Origin: Polyangia bacterium
GTDB lineage: Bacteria > Myxococcota_A > Polyangia > Polyangiales > JAUICN01
Assembly (NCBI GenBank): GCA_030427835.1
Contig: JAUICN010000003.1
Coordinates: forward strand, 21,867 to 85,866
Length of the DNA stretch: 64,000 bases
Direction: 5' to 3'
Below, in pieces: positions 28,206 to 37,051 of the stretch (the stretch's first letter is position 1; every line of letters starts with the position of its first letter). The position numbers were made by a program, and so were the translations under genes. The notes beneath the pieces were generated by a model that did not search any database, was not told where the DNA came from, and worked only from the letters and a program-made list of their open reading frames with translations.

Positions 28206-29659
28206 GGTTCTTGGGTTGACGTAGTGTGGTGAACTGCGGCCTCCTGAAGGGTGGAGGAAAAGTCCGCTGCTTGCTTTCGGGCGGTGAACGTATGGCAGTA
28301 GGCTTGGTTCACACCTTCTGGGTTCCAGCCATCACAAAAGAAGCGGAGCATTGCGCCTGCACCTTCGGGTCCGTCCACAAACACTCCCAGTCCAGCTTCT
28401 TCAAGGTGCGTACGAGCTTCGCTTGTTGGAGGCACCAGCGCCAATACCGGCTTTTCGAGTGCAAGGAAATCCACCAGTTTTGCGTAGAGACACCACCACT
28501 GAAGCCAAGGTGTTGAAATTAATACCCCAGCCAGGGCGTGATCGAGCAGAGTGTACAAATCGCCCTGGGACAGCTGCTCCAGAATTTGCACATGATCTTG
28601 AAGTCCAAGTGCCTCGATATACGGCCCCACGCGCTGCTGGTTTTCTCGAATCGGCCCCACAAAGAGAAGGTCAGGAACAGTTCGCCCTTGGGTCTCCATC
28701 TCGTGAACACATTGTGCATAGGTCCTTAGAAAGCCGTCGCCATATTGAGCAAGGTATTCTCCAGGAAATACAATATAGGGTTGCCCGCCCCTGGGGTGAG
28801 CCCTAGGCCCGGGCAGGATAGAGGTGTCCAATCCAGTAGGGATGAACGTGAGCCGATTATCCAAATCCAGCCCGTGGATATCACGTAGGATCATGCCAAT
28901 CCCGCGCGCGGCGACCGTTACTCGGGTCGCGGATTGCACGGCGTTAAACTCAATACGTGTTTGTAGGGGGCGAGCCCACCATGGTTTGGTGCCGTCTCGG
29001 TTGTTGTAGGTTTCAGGATCCCTTAAATCGCACACCCAAGGGGTTTCAAAGTGGCGCGCCAGGGAGGAGGCAACTTGGTGCACCGAATAGGGGGGAGCGC
29101 TTGAAAGAATCACATCCGGCCGTGAAAGCGTTTTTCCCAACGCCGTGGCAGGCCATATCCAGGGCCAATGCCCATCGGGTACGGACCTAAGCGCAGATAG
29201 CGCAGGGTCTACCCATCGCTTGGCTCGTGCGATGCTGCGGGCAAAGGGGGAGCGTTGCTGGGGCAAATCGCCCGCGGTCGGCAATTTTTCCAATTGGCTG
29301 TGAACACTTCGTTCAGTAGAAGGGGCAAAAGTTGTTGCTTCGGGTCCCTGCCTCTTCAAACCCACGCTTGCTGCCGCCCAGGCCCGGACACCGCGTAGGG
29401 AGATTTCAGTATGGTCGGCACGGTATATGGTGACCGAGCTCGGGAGCTCTCCCAGTAAAGCCGGATCTTCATGGTACTGATAGTTTTGCTGAGTGGTCAG
29501 TACGTCCACCGTCCAACCAAGATCAGGAAGTAGTTTCGCCAGTTTATGCACACGAAACATGGCGGAATGCCGTTGGGGCGCAAAAAAAGCCGTAACGATC
29601 AATACCCTTCCCTTGGGACTATTTTCTCCTGGAGACATGGGATACCGAGAGAGTACCAA
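28202..29659 (-). CDS. GT-B glycosyltransferase (WcaI-like GT4)
   Basis: PDVILSSAPPYSVHQVA..PWVCDLRDP and KLVDFLALEKPVLAL patterns. Alternative ATG at 29638. 4-nt convergent overlap with the wzc-like end. Confidence 0.6.
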   Translation of the reverse strand: MVLSRYPMSPGENSPKGRVLIVTAFFAPQRHSAMFRVHKLAKLLPDLGWTVDVLTTQQNYQYHEDPALLGELPSSVTIYRADHTEISLRGVRAWAAASVGLKRQGPEATTFAPSTERSVHSQLEKLPTAGDLPQQRSPFARSIARAKRWVDPALSALRSVPDGHWPWIWPATALGKTLSRPDVILSSAPPYSVHQVASSLARHFETPWVCDLRDPETYNNRDGTKPWWARPLQTRIEFNAVQSATRVTVAARGIGMILRDIHGLDLDNRLTFIPTGLDTSILPGPRAHPRGGQPYIVFPGEYLAQYGDGFLRTYAQCVHEMETQGRTVPDLLFVGPIRENQQRVGPYIEALGLQDHVQILEQLSQGDLYTLLDHALAGVLISTPWLQWWCLYAKLVDFLALEKPVLALVPPTSEARTHLEEAGLGVFVDGPEGAGAMLRFFCDGWNPEGVNQAYCHTFTARKQAADFSSTLQEAAVHHTTSTQEP

Positions 29660-29699
29660 CTGCGCGCGACTTTGCCATTACCCTGCTAAGCTCAAGCCG

Positions 29700-30845
29700 A
29701 TGACAGGTAGAGAACGGAAGGTGCTGCACATCATCGACGAGCTCGAAATCGGCGGTGCCCAAACCCACCTGGAGACCATCATCCAGGGGTCGATGGACAC
29801 CGGAAAAACCCAACATAAGGTGCTGGCTCTCTTTGGGAAAGGGGCATTTGCTTCGCGTCTGGAAGATAGGGGCATCCCTGTGGCCGCCATCAACATAGGG
29901 CCGGGCCTTGAGCGGCATCGGTACTTCTCTGTGGTCTCCCAAATCACGGCAATCGTCCGTGGCTTTCAACCTGACCTGGTGGAGACCCATCTGACGTGGA
30001 GTCGTATCTTTGGAAGTGCTGGATCTCGACTAGGCGGATGCCAAAAAACCATCGGGTTCGAGCATGGAGATGTGTTTCGAGATCAGCCAAAATTCCGAGC
30101 TGCGAACTGGTTGTCCCAATGGTACATCGACCGCTACGTCGTATGCAGTCACGCTCTGAAAGACTGGTTCTGCACTACCCATGGAGTACGCAGACGCCAG
30201 GTTTCTGTGCTGCACAACTGCGTGGACGTGCACCGTTTTTCGCCGACAACAAGCGGTGCATCCTCCGCAGAACATGGCTCAGCCGAACCTAGGCCGGCGC
30301 ACCATATGTTTGTGGCGGTGGGTACCCTTGGATACGGTGTGAACAAGCGGATGGACATCGCGATCCGCGCACTCTGGCGACTACGGAAGTCGGGTGTGGA
30401 CGCTGGCCTTTGGATATGCGGAGATGGGCCGCAAAGGGCAGACTTGGAACGCCTTGCCCAGGAAATAGGAGTGAGCGAACACGTGGTTTTTTTAGGGATG
30501 AAAAACGATATGGCGACGCTGTATCCAAAGGCAACAGCGTTTGTTCATTGTGCCCCGTTTGAACCGTTTGGAATCGTTTGCTTGGAAGCGATGGCGAGCG
30601 GTTTGCCTGTGCTGGTCCCCGACAATGGAGGCATGATGGAAGCGGTCCAGGATGGTGTTCATGGGCACCTCTATCACACGCAGGACTATGGAGATTTGGC
30701 AAAGAGAATGGGAGATCTTTTGTCAGATCCGTCTCGCCTTAGGGAAATGGGATCTTCCGCACGGGAGCGCACGGTGGCGCGCTTTTCAGTGAAGGCGTAC
30801 GTGGAACAGCTACATGCCCTCTATGACGACGTCTTGTCGTCCTAA
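29700..30845 (+). CDS. glycosyltransferase family 4
   Basis: ORF 29493..30845 trimmed to ATG 29700 (MTGRERKVLHIIDELEIGGAQTHL). EPFGIVCLEAMASGLPVLVPDNGG. Confidence 0.85.
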   Translation: MTGRERKVLHIIDELEIGGAQTHLETIIQGSMDTGKTQHKVLALFGKGAFASRLEDRGIPVAAINIGPGLERHRYFSVVSQITAIVRGFQPDLVETHLTWSRIFGSAGSRLGGCQKTIGFEHGDVFRDQPKFRAANWLSQWYIDRYVVCSHALKDWFCTTHGVRRRQVSVLHNCVDVHRFSPTTSGASSAEHGSAEPRPAHHMFVAVGTLGYGVNKRMDIAIRALWRLRKSGVDAGLWICGDGPQRADLERLAQEIGVSEHVVFLGMKNDMATLYPKATAFVHCAPFEPFGIVCLEAMASGLPVLVPDNGGMMEAVQDGVHGHLYHTQDYGDLAKRMGDLLSDPSRLREMGSSARERTVARFSVKAYVEQLHALYDDVLSS

Positions 30846-31742
30846 CCCTTTCATGAGACCCGTGAGCGCGATCTGTTCCCCAGCTGAAAGGGGAGACAAT
30901 GGAGGTAAGCGGCGTTTTCCGGCAAGGTGCTCGGCGGCCCTCCAGATCCACTTGGCTCGGGTGATCCATCCCAGTCTGTTGAACTGGCGGCCCTGCAACA
31001 ATCGGTGCTTTTCAAGCACCCGTAGAACGTCCGGATAGGCCCCCGCATAGTACGAATAGCTTGGCATACGTTCCCAGGAGTACACATAAGTGGAATCCCG
31101 AAGCACAGATACGGGTCCCAGGGATTCCACGCCCAACAGAAAGTCCATATCTTCGGCACGACGAAAGGATGGGTCAAACGTCACCTGTTGGGCGACATCC
31201 ATTCGAACAAGAGACGGGGCGAAGGGAAGCACGGGTACACGGGGAGACCGCGATGGTGAAAAGGTTTGAAATGCGGCGGTGCTGCCGTGGCCCTGTACGC
31301 GCCCTAGCACACCAAGAGCACGACTCCCCTCCAGCAGTGCCACTAGAGGAGAACTCACGGCAACACACTGCGAGTGACTCCCTAGGAACTGCACCTGTGT
31401 TTCGAGCTTGTTAGGAAAAAAAAGATCTCCAGCGTCGACCATGGCCAAGTACTCGCCTGAACAACATGAGAGTGCGGAGTGCCTGGCAAAGCCTCGCCCA
31501 CGATTCTCGCGAGTTCCGTGGTATTGAATACGGGGATCCGCAAAGGAAAGGGCCACGGTCTCGGTATTGTCCGTCGACCCATCGTTCCAAACGATGCACT
31601 CCCATGTTGAATAGGTCTGCAAGAGAAGAGAACGCAGCGTATCCCTTAAACAGGCCGCGCTGTTGTAGGTCGGCACAATCACGGAGATGAGTGGGGGCTG
31701 GGTCGCGTTGTACATATTTGTGAAGCAGGGTTGCGATTCCAA
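30810..31742 (-). CDS. glycosyltransferase family 2
   Basis: ISVIVPTYNSAACLRDTLRSLLLQTY..CIVWNDGSTDNT. MVDAGD. Confidence 0.88.
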   Translation of the reverse strand: MESQPCFTNMYNATQPPLISVIVPTYNSAACLRDTLRSLLLQTYSTWECIVWNDGSTDNTETVALSFADPRIQYHGTRENRGRGFARHSALSCCSGEYLAMVDAGDLFFPNKLETQVQFLGSHSQCVAVSSPLVALLEGSRALGVLGRVQGHGSTAAFQTFSPSRSPRVPVLPFAPSLVRMDVAQQVTFDPSFRRAEDMDFLLGVESLGPVSVLRDSTYVYSWERMPSYSYYAGAYPDVLRVLEKHRLLQGRQFNRLGWITRAKWIWRAAEHLAGKRRLPPLSPLSAGEQIALTGLMKGLGRQDVVIEGM

Positions 31743-31745
31743 ACG

Positions 31746-32879
31746 TTATGCGGCCCCCAACACCTTCTGAACTAGCTGAACGACCTCGTTCTGTTCATGT
31801 TCTGTCATGGAAGATCCGCTGGGAAGACAAAGGCCTGTTTCAAACAGTTCTTGGGCCACGGTGCCACCCACATAGTGTGCTTTCGAGTACAGCGGTTGAA
31901 GATGCATGGGTTTCCAAACAGGCCGGCTCTCGATACCTTTGTTCTTCAAGGTTTCAATGACTTGGTCGCGAGGGGAATCAGGCATTTTTGAGTCGAAATG
32001 AAGAGTGGTGAGCCATCGCGCCGCGTGAAGAGGATCGTGGGCTTCCATGAAACGAACCCCCGGTATATCGCCCAGGGAAGACTCGTACCGGTTAAATATC
32101 CCTCGCCGTCGTTCTACGCGGTCTGTGAGACAACGGAGTTGCCCCCTGCCCACCGCAGCCAAGAGGTTGCTCATGCGATAGTTGTAGCCCAGCTCCCGGT
32201 GTTCGTAGTGCTCCACAGGCTCCCTGGCCTGAGTTGCCAAGTGGCGAATTCTGGTGGCAATGGACGGGTTGTTTGTGACAGCCATCCCTCCCCCGCTTGT
32301 GGTGATCATCTTGTTGCCATTGAAAGAAAATACGCCCACCTCGCCAAAGGATCCAGCGTGGCGTCCGCGATAGGTAGCTCCAAGCGCTTCTGCCGCATCC
32401 TCTACCAGGGGAACACCATAACGTTGACAGAGGGGAGAAAGTCTATCGTAATCCGAACACTGGCCGTACAAATCCACGGCAACCACGGCAGCTACCTGAT
32501 TGTTTGCGCGGTGCCTGTCTTCCAACAGTTGCTCTACCAAGTCCACATTCATCATCCAGTAGGTGGGGTCAGAGTCCACAAACACCGGGTGTGCACCCAG
32601 GTAGCGTACCGCATTGGCAGTGGCCACAAATGTCAGCGACGGAACAATCACATCGTCACCGGCGCGTACACCCACGGCTTCGAGGGCGAGATGAAGGGCA
32701 GCGGTCCCACTGGACATGGCAATCGCTTGGCTCTTTTGTACCGCCTGCGAAAACTCTTTCTCAAACGCAGTGAGGTGGGGGCCTACCGGAGCGACCCAGT
32801 TTGAGTCGTAGGCGTCCAACAGCAACTCCCTGGAGAGGGGATCCATATGGGGGGGAGACAAATAGATACGGTACGGCAT
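31746..32879 (-). CDS. DegT/DnrJ/EryC1/StrS-family sugar aminotransferase (EpsN/PglE-like)
   Basis: SSGTAALHLAL, EDAAEALGA, FSFNGNKMITTSGGGM (PLP Lys). Confidence 0.92.
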   Translation of the reverse strand: MPYRIYLSPPHMDPLSRELLLDAYDSNWVAPVGPHLTAFEKEFSQAVQKSQAIAMSSGTAALHLALEAVGVRAGDDVIVPSLTFVATANAVRYLGAHPVFVDSDPTYWMMNVDLVEQLLEDRHRANNQVAAVVAVDLYGQCSDYDRLSPLCQRYGVPLVEDAAEALGATYRGRHAGSFGEVGVFSFNGNKMITTSGGGMAVTNNPSIATRIRHLATQAREPVEHYEHRELGYNYRMSNLLAAVGRGQLRCLTDRVERRRGIFNRYESSLGDIPGVRFMEAHDPLHAARWLTTLHFDSKMPDSPRDQVIETLKNKGIESRPVWKPMHLQPLYSKAHYVGGTVAQELFETGLCLPSGSSMTEHEQNEVVQLVQKVLGAA

Positions 32880-33545
32880 TTAGTGATCCTCCTCAGGGGC
32901 GTCCGACCCAGACGCGGGAGTACCTGGCTCGCCTTGAAACTCCGTCATGGTCACAGATCCCTTCGACGACACTCCCCTGCGACCCAGAACCGCCCCAACC
33001 GTTTTGAATAAAAGTATTGCATCCAAAAGTAGAGAAAAATTCTCGACGTATCGAACGTCCATCTCCAGACGTTCTTCCCAGGAAAGTAAATTGCGCCCAT
33101 TTACCTGTGCCCATCCGGTAATACCAGGTCGCATACGGTGCCGTAGCCGTTGCCGAGCTGAGTATCGGGGAAGGTAGTGAACCAAAAGGGGGCGAGGGCC
33201 CACGAAGGACATTTCTCCTCGAACAATGTTCCAAAGCTGGGGTAGCTCGTCCAGGCTGGCACTCCTGAGAAACATGCCAAGTGGCGTCATCCGGTCCTTG
33301 TCCTCAAGAAGGTTGCCATGCTCGTCCCTTGCATCAGTCATGGTGCGAAGCTTAAACAAGACAAACGTTTGGTCATCCTTTCCGATTCTTTCCTGACGAA
33401 AAAACACGGGAGAGCCGAGGCGCAATCGTACGAGCATTCCCAGCGCTCCGAGCATCGGAAGAGTTCCTACGGCCAAAGAGGTCGCCACAACTCGATCGGC
33501 ACAGTGTTTGATACGCAACTGCCATTTGGAAGAAATACGGATCAC
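32880..33545 (-). CDS. small monotopic phosphoglycosyl transferase (PglC/EpsL/WbaP-C type)
   Basis: FFRQERIGKDDQTFVLFKLRTM, DELPQLWNIVRGEMSFVGPRP. GTG start at 33545. Confidence 0.9.
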   Translation of the reverse strand: MIRISSKWQLRIKHCADRVVATSLAVGTLPMLGALGMLVRLRLGSPVFFRQERIGKDDQTFVLFKLRTMTDARDEHGNLLEDKDRMTPLGMFLRSASLDELPQLWNIVRGEMSFVGPRPLLVHYLPRYSARQRLRHRMRPGITGWAQVNGRNLLSWEERLEMDVRYVENFSLLLDAILLFKTVGAVLGRRGVSSKGSVTMTEFQGEPGTPASGSDAPEEDH

Positions 33546-33546
33546 G

Positions 33547-33710
33547 CTAGACCGCTTCGGGATTTAGATGAGTGAATGATCGGTACCCAGCGGAGCCTCC
33601 AGGACACGACAAGCGACGAAGCAATGTAGAACATTGTTGAGGAGGTTGGAGTGTCATGGTGGGTTTGCGGGGTGCCGAGGGTCGATCAGATAAATCCCGA
33701 AGCGGTCTAG
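33547..33710. repeat. 164-bp element bounded by perfect 20-bp inverted repeats (MITE-like or long-range RNA stem)
   Basis: CTAGACCGCTTCGGGATTTA (33547..33566) and TAAATCCCGAAGCGGTCTAG (33691..33710) are exact reverse complements enclosing 124 bp. The element fills the only sizeable gap in the operon. Confidence 0.8.
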
Positions 33711-33711
33711 A

Positions 33712-34959
33712 TCAAACCCCCCGCACCTGGACGTGCGTCCTGTCCCGCCAGGCATGCGCCGTACTTGCCCCCAGGGTGATTGGCGCATGCAAGGAAAACA
33801 ACACATAAAGGGCTAAATTCCCGTAAAAATACTCCCCGCTCATCCCCCCAACGAATGCCGCAATCAAGCTGGAACGTACGGGCACAGACCAGTTGCCAGC
33901 GGATTCGTCACGGGACTGTCGCCACATGGCGGCAAAGATTAGCAAAATCAGAGTGCCTCCGACCACACCTGTTTCAAGAAACATTTGCACAAAAAAATTG
34001 TGGCTGCCGGTAAGCCAAAGTTTGCTGGCTTTTCCTCGATGAAAGAATCCCGTTCCAATAATCGGAGCGTTGAGTATCTTAGGTGCTTCGTTTTGGAGGT
34101 GGTGAAATCGACCGCCCTCATCAATTCCCATGATACCCACGTCGTACTTACGGAGCATGCTAGCGGCGGGGTTGATGGTCTTGTCCAGCTCCACCTGGAA
34201 GACGGGGAGCTTCTGATACGCAAAGAAACAACTCACCACCACAAGAAGAATCGCACTCGCCGTGCGACCATCGAGTTTCGAGTATCTCAAAAGGTAGAGC
34301 ATCCCCATGAAAAACGCGATCCAACCGCCCCTTCCCCTGGACACCAAAAGGCCCGCGACGGCCACTGGCAGTGCAAACATGATAAAGCGACGTAGGGACG
34401 CAGTGCCCATGGATTGGGTGATGGCCCCGGACATAAAGAGCACGACCATCGCCATAACGACGCTCATTGCGTTGGTAGATTCGTATTCCAGGGCCGAAGC
34501 GCTGAGTAGAGTCGACAGGGACGCAATCTTCAGCGTTTCTGAGCTCTGCATCAACGAAAAGGAAAGTAGGACGGATGAAATGGACATGGCCCAAAGGAAC
34601 TTGCGCATGACCCGTTCATCACATACGGCCCTAGAAGTCAGGAGCCCGGCGATGGCATAGGTGCAGAACTTGCCCATGCGAACAATGCTCAACAGCAACT
34701 GATTGTTTGTCGGGTACCCATATCGAAGGTTGACCGTCAGCGTTGACAGCAATGCCCAGAATACAAAGGCGGCAAAGAGCGAGCCTAGGGCGGCCAATGG
34801 GCGCGTTCCAATCCCGGTCCTCCTCTCCAGAGCAAGCAGTGCGATGTAGGGGAAGATGACGAGATCGCTGAAATCCACCACGCCAAAGCGAGTATCCATG
34901 GACGGGATCAAATCAGGCAGAAAGAGAACTGGAATTAACCATATCCAAGAGTTTTTCAT
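33712..34959 (-). CDS. Wzy_C (O-antigen polymerase/ligase) family membrane protein
   Basis: Polytopic. SRGRGGWIAFFMG and GSHNFFVQMFLETGVVGG are characteristic loop motifs. Confidence 0.65.
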   Translation of the reverse strand: MKNSWIWLIPVLFLPDLIPSMDTRFGVVDFSDLVIFPYIALLALERRTGIGTRPLAALGSLFAAFVFWALLSTLTVNLRYGYPTNNQLLLSIVRMGKFCTYAIAGLLTSRAVCDERVMRKFLWAMSISSVLLSFSLMQSSETLKIASLSTLLSASALEYESTNAMSVVMAMVVLFMSGAITQSMGTASLRRFIMFALPVAVAGLLVSRGRGGWIAFFMGMLYLLRYSKLDGRTASAILLVVVSCFFAYQKLPVFQVELDKTINPAASMLRKYDVGIMGIDEGGRFHHLQNEAPKILNAPIIGTGFFHRGKASKLWLTGSHNFFVQMFLETGVVGGTLILLIFAAMWRQSRDESAGNWSVPVRSSLIAAFVGGMSGEYFYGNLALYVLFSLHAPITLGASTAHAWRDRTHVQVRGV

Positions 34960-35909
34960 GGTGTCTTCGGCGAAACATGAAAACGGTTATGGGGCAAGTG
35001 CTTGCCCGATTGCACACCGTCCAAAGCGCCGACCAGAGTTTCCACTATCACTCTAGGAGAACGGTGTCGTAGCGCAAAGGCGCATCCATTTGCCATCAAT
35101 CTTCCGAACGCGGTAGGTTGCTGGTACCAGCGAAGGTGCCGTCGCATGACGAGTGCACGGTTGTTGGCCACGCCACGGCAGTACTGGTGCACGTCATGTA
35201 CCCGGCATCCGCCCGCAGGAGCCGCCAGATGGGTCAAACGTGCCGTGGGAACGTATCGAATCCGCAACCCCACTTCCCGAACGCGCAGGCAAAACTCCAG
35301 CTCCTCATACAATGCCGCACCGCGGTTCAGTTGTTCATCAAACCCCCCCACCCGATCCACAATGCTTTTCCAGGTGGAAAAATTACCCCCTGGAGCGTGG
35401 TCGGCATCCATGGGAGCGGATCCGGCAAAAGCTCCGGTGGGTTCTCCTCTCCAGGGCCGAAACAGAGGAGGATCCACGTTGTCCCTGTGAGCCACATAGG
35501 GGTTGTCTATCGATCCCGCCACAATCCCCACCCCTGGTTGCAACAACCCATGCACGTGTTCCGACACGAGGTCCGGTGTGCATCGAATATCGTCGTCCAC
35601 ATACAGGAGCACGGGGTATTTCGCGACGCTGTGAGCAAAGTTGCGAGCCTCGGGAAGCCCTTTGAACGAACTGATCGGGAAATAGCGAATGGACCCTATT
35701 TGCTTCGCCAGAGAGGCCAGTGCTTCATCTGGGGAATCGGACTGATCCACAATAAGAATTTCGTAGAGGGGATGGTTCTGTTCTAGCAGATCCCTAACCG
35801 TGTCCATGGCATAGTCAGAACGTTCAAGAGTCGGCACAACGACTGAAACACCAACCTGATCAGGAGCGCTCCCCCAGGGAATATTCCAAGCGTTTCGATC
35901 AATAGTCAT
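34956..35909 (-). CDS. glycosyltransferase family 2
   Basis: VSVVVPTLERSDYAMDTVRDLLEQNH..ILIVDQSD. LLYVDDD. Confidence 0.85.
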   Translation of the reverse strand: MTIDRNAWNIPWGSAPDQVGVSVVVPTLERSDYAMDTVRDLLEQNHPLYEILIVDQSDSPDEALASLAKQIGSIRYFPISSFKGLPEARNFAHSVAKYPVLLYVDDDIRCTPDLVSEHVHGLLQPGVGIVAGSIDNPYVAHRDNVDPPLFRPWRGEPTGAFAGSAPMDADHAPGGNFSTWKSIVDRVGGFDEQLNRGAALYEELEFCLRVREVGLRIRYVPTARLTHLAAPAGGCRVHDVHQYCRGVANNRALVMRRHLRWYQQPTAFGRLMANGCAFALRHRSPRVIVETLVGALDGVQSGKHLPHNRFHVSPKTP

Positions 35910-37050
35910 GGCGGTACCTATCCGTGAGCTCTAGAAAACGCTCTGTGTAGCCCGTCCACGTGCATTCTTCTTCAACGCGGCTGCGAGCGAGTGCACCCTG
36001 TTGGCGCACCAGCGATGAGTCTTGAACAAGGGTTGCAAGAAGCTCTGACAACTGGCCCACATTGCCCGCCGGCACGGTCCATCCACCCGTTCCATGGACG
36101 ACTGCATCCGTCATGCCACCGCTTTGGTAGGCGATGGCAGGTGTGCCGCAGGATTGGGACTCCAGAAGAACCAATCCGAAGCCTTCCACCTTTCGTTCCC
36201 GTGCAAGCTCGTGGGAGCACAACAAGGTGACGTCGCTGGCGCGGTAAAGGTGCACCAATGTTTCGTCCGAAATCTGACCCAAGAAACGCACATGTTGTTC
36301 CAGACCCCATTGTCTGGAGTGTTCTCGAAGTGAGCTTTCCTCTGGGCCTGTTCCCGAAATGACATAACAGAAACTAGAATGGCCCTGCTGCAGCAGGGAT
36401 CGTGCGGCTCGCATCACATCCAAGTGTCCCTTATGGGAGTCCAATCGCGCGACTGTGGTCATCACAAAGCAATCGTCGTCCAGCCCAAGCCTTTTCCGGC
36501 TGTGAGATGGGACCCCCGGAGAAAACTTCCTCGTATCCACCGCAAGAGGCAAAGCGACGCTGTTGCACGCGGGACTGTGTTGGGAAACCAAGGCACGGGT
36601 GTACTCGCTGTTGGCGACGACCAAGGAGGCACCGGTAAGTACACGATTCATCACGGTTCGCCAAAATGAAACTGGCAGCCCCCCACGGGGAGCGGGGAAA
36701 ATCTCTGCACCATGGGCCAGCACCACAAAGGGGCGAAATCCTGACATCCAGGCAATGACCCCTTCTGGATACCAGTTTCCACAAACCAGGATTCCGGTAC
36801 GGCCCGTGAGTTGCTGTAAAATAAGCCGGGCAAGTGCAGAAGCTTCACGAAGAGGGCGCGCATGGACAACCTCAATACGGGTTGGATCCCGCGTGGCCGA
36901 TGTGGTCCCCTGAAGTGTTTGATGGGTAAGAACGTTCACGCCCGGGCGGTGAAGGCGAAGCTCGTTTACCAGGGATTCGCAAAAGCGAGCAATACCGCCT
37001 GACATGGGTGGATAATCAAAGGTCAACAGGGTCGTTGCCTCTGCTACCAT
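35899..37050 (-). CDS. glycosyltransferase family 4
   Basis: EGFGLVLLESQSCGTPAIAYQSGG. GT-B architecture. Confidence 0.88.
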   Translation of the reverse strand: MVAEATTLLTFDYPPMSGGIARFCESLVNELRLHRPGVNVLTHQTLQGTTSATRDPTRIEVVHARPLREASALARLILQQLTGRTGILVCGNWYPEGVIAWMSGFRPFVVLAHGAEIFPAPRGGLPVSFWRTVMNRVLTGASLVVANSEYTRALVSQHSPACNSVALPLAVDTRKFSPGVPSHSRKRLGLDDDCFVMTTVARLDSHKGHLDVMRAARSLLQQGHSSFCYVISGTGPEESSLREHSRQWGLEQHVRFLGQISDETLVHLYRASDVTLLCSHELARERKVEGFGLVLLESQSCGTPAIAYQSGGMTDAVVHGTGGWTVPAGNVGQLSELLATLVQDSSLVRQQGALARSRVEEECTWTGYTERFLELTDRYRHDY

Positions 37051-37051
37051 C

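Noticed and set aside
31998-32804. 268-aa plus-strand ORF. Similar cases are 48034..48891, 55515..56285 and 35118..35786.
   Set aside because: All lie antisense to genes with strong family signatures. They are shadow ORFs typical of GC-rich DNA.
33656-33808. 50-codon plus-strand ORF with a strong GAGGAGG SD inside the inverted-repeat element.
   Set aside because: It runs antisense into the Wzy_C gene, its product is Arg/Cys-rich with no features, and it is below a credible length. It is mentioned only as a caveat for the element.
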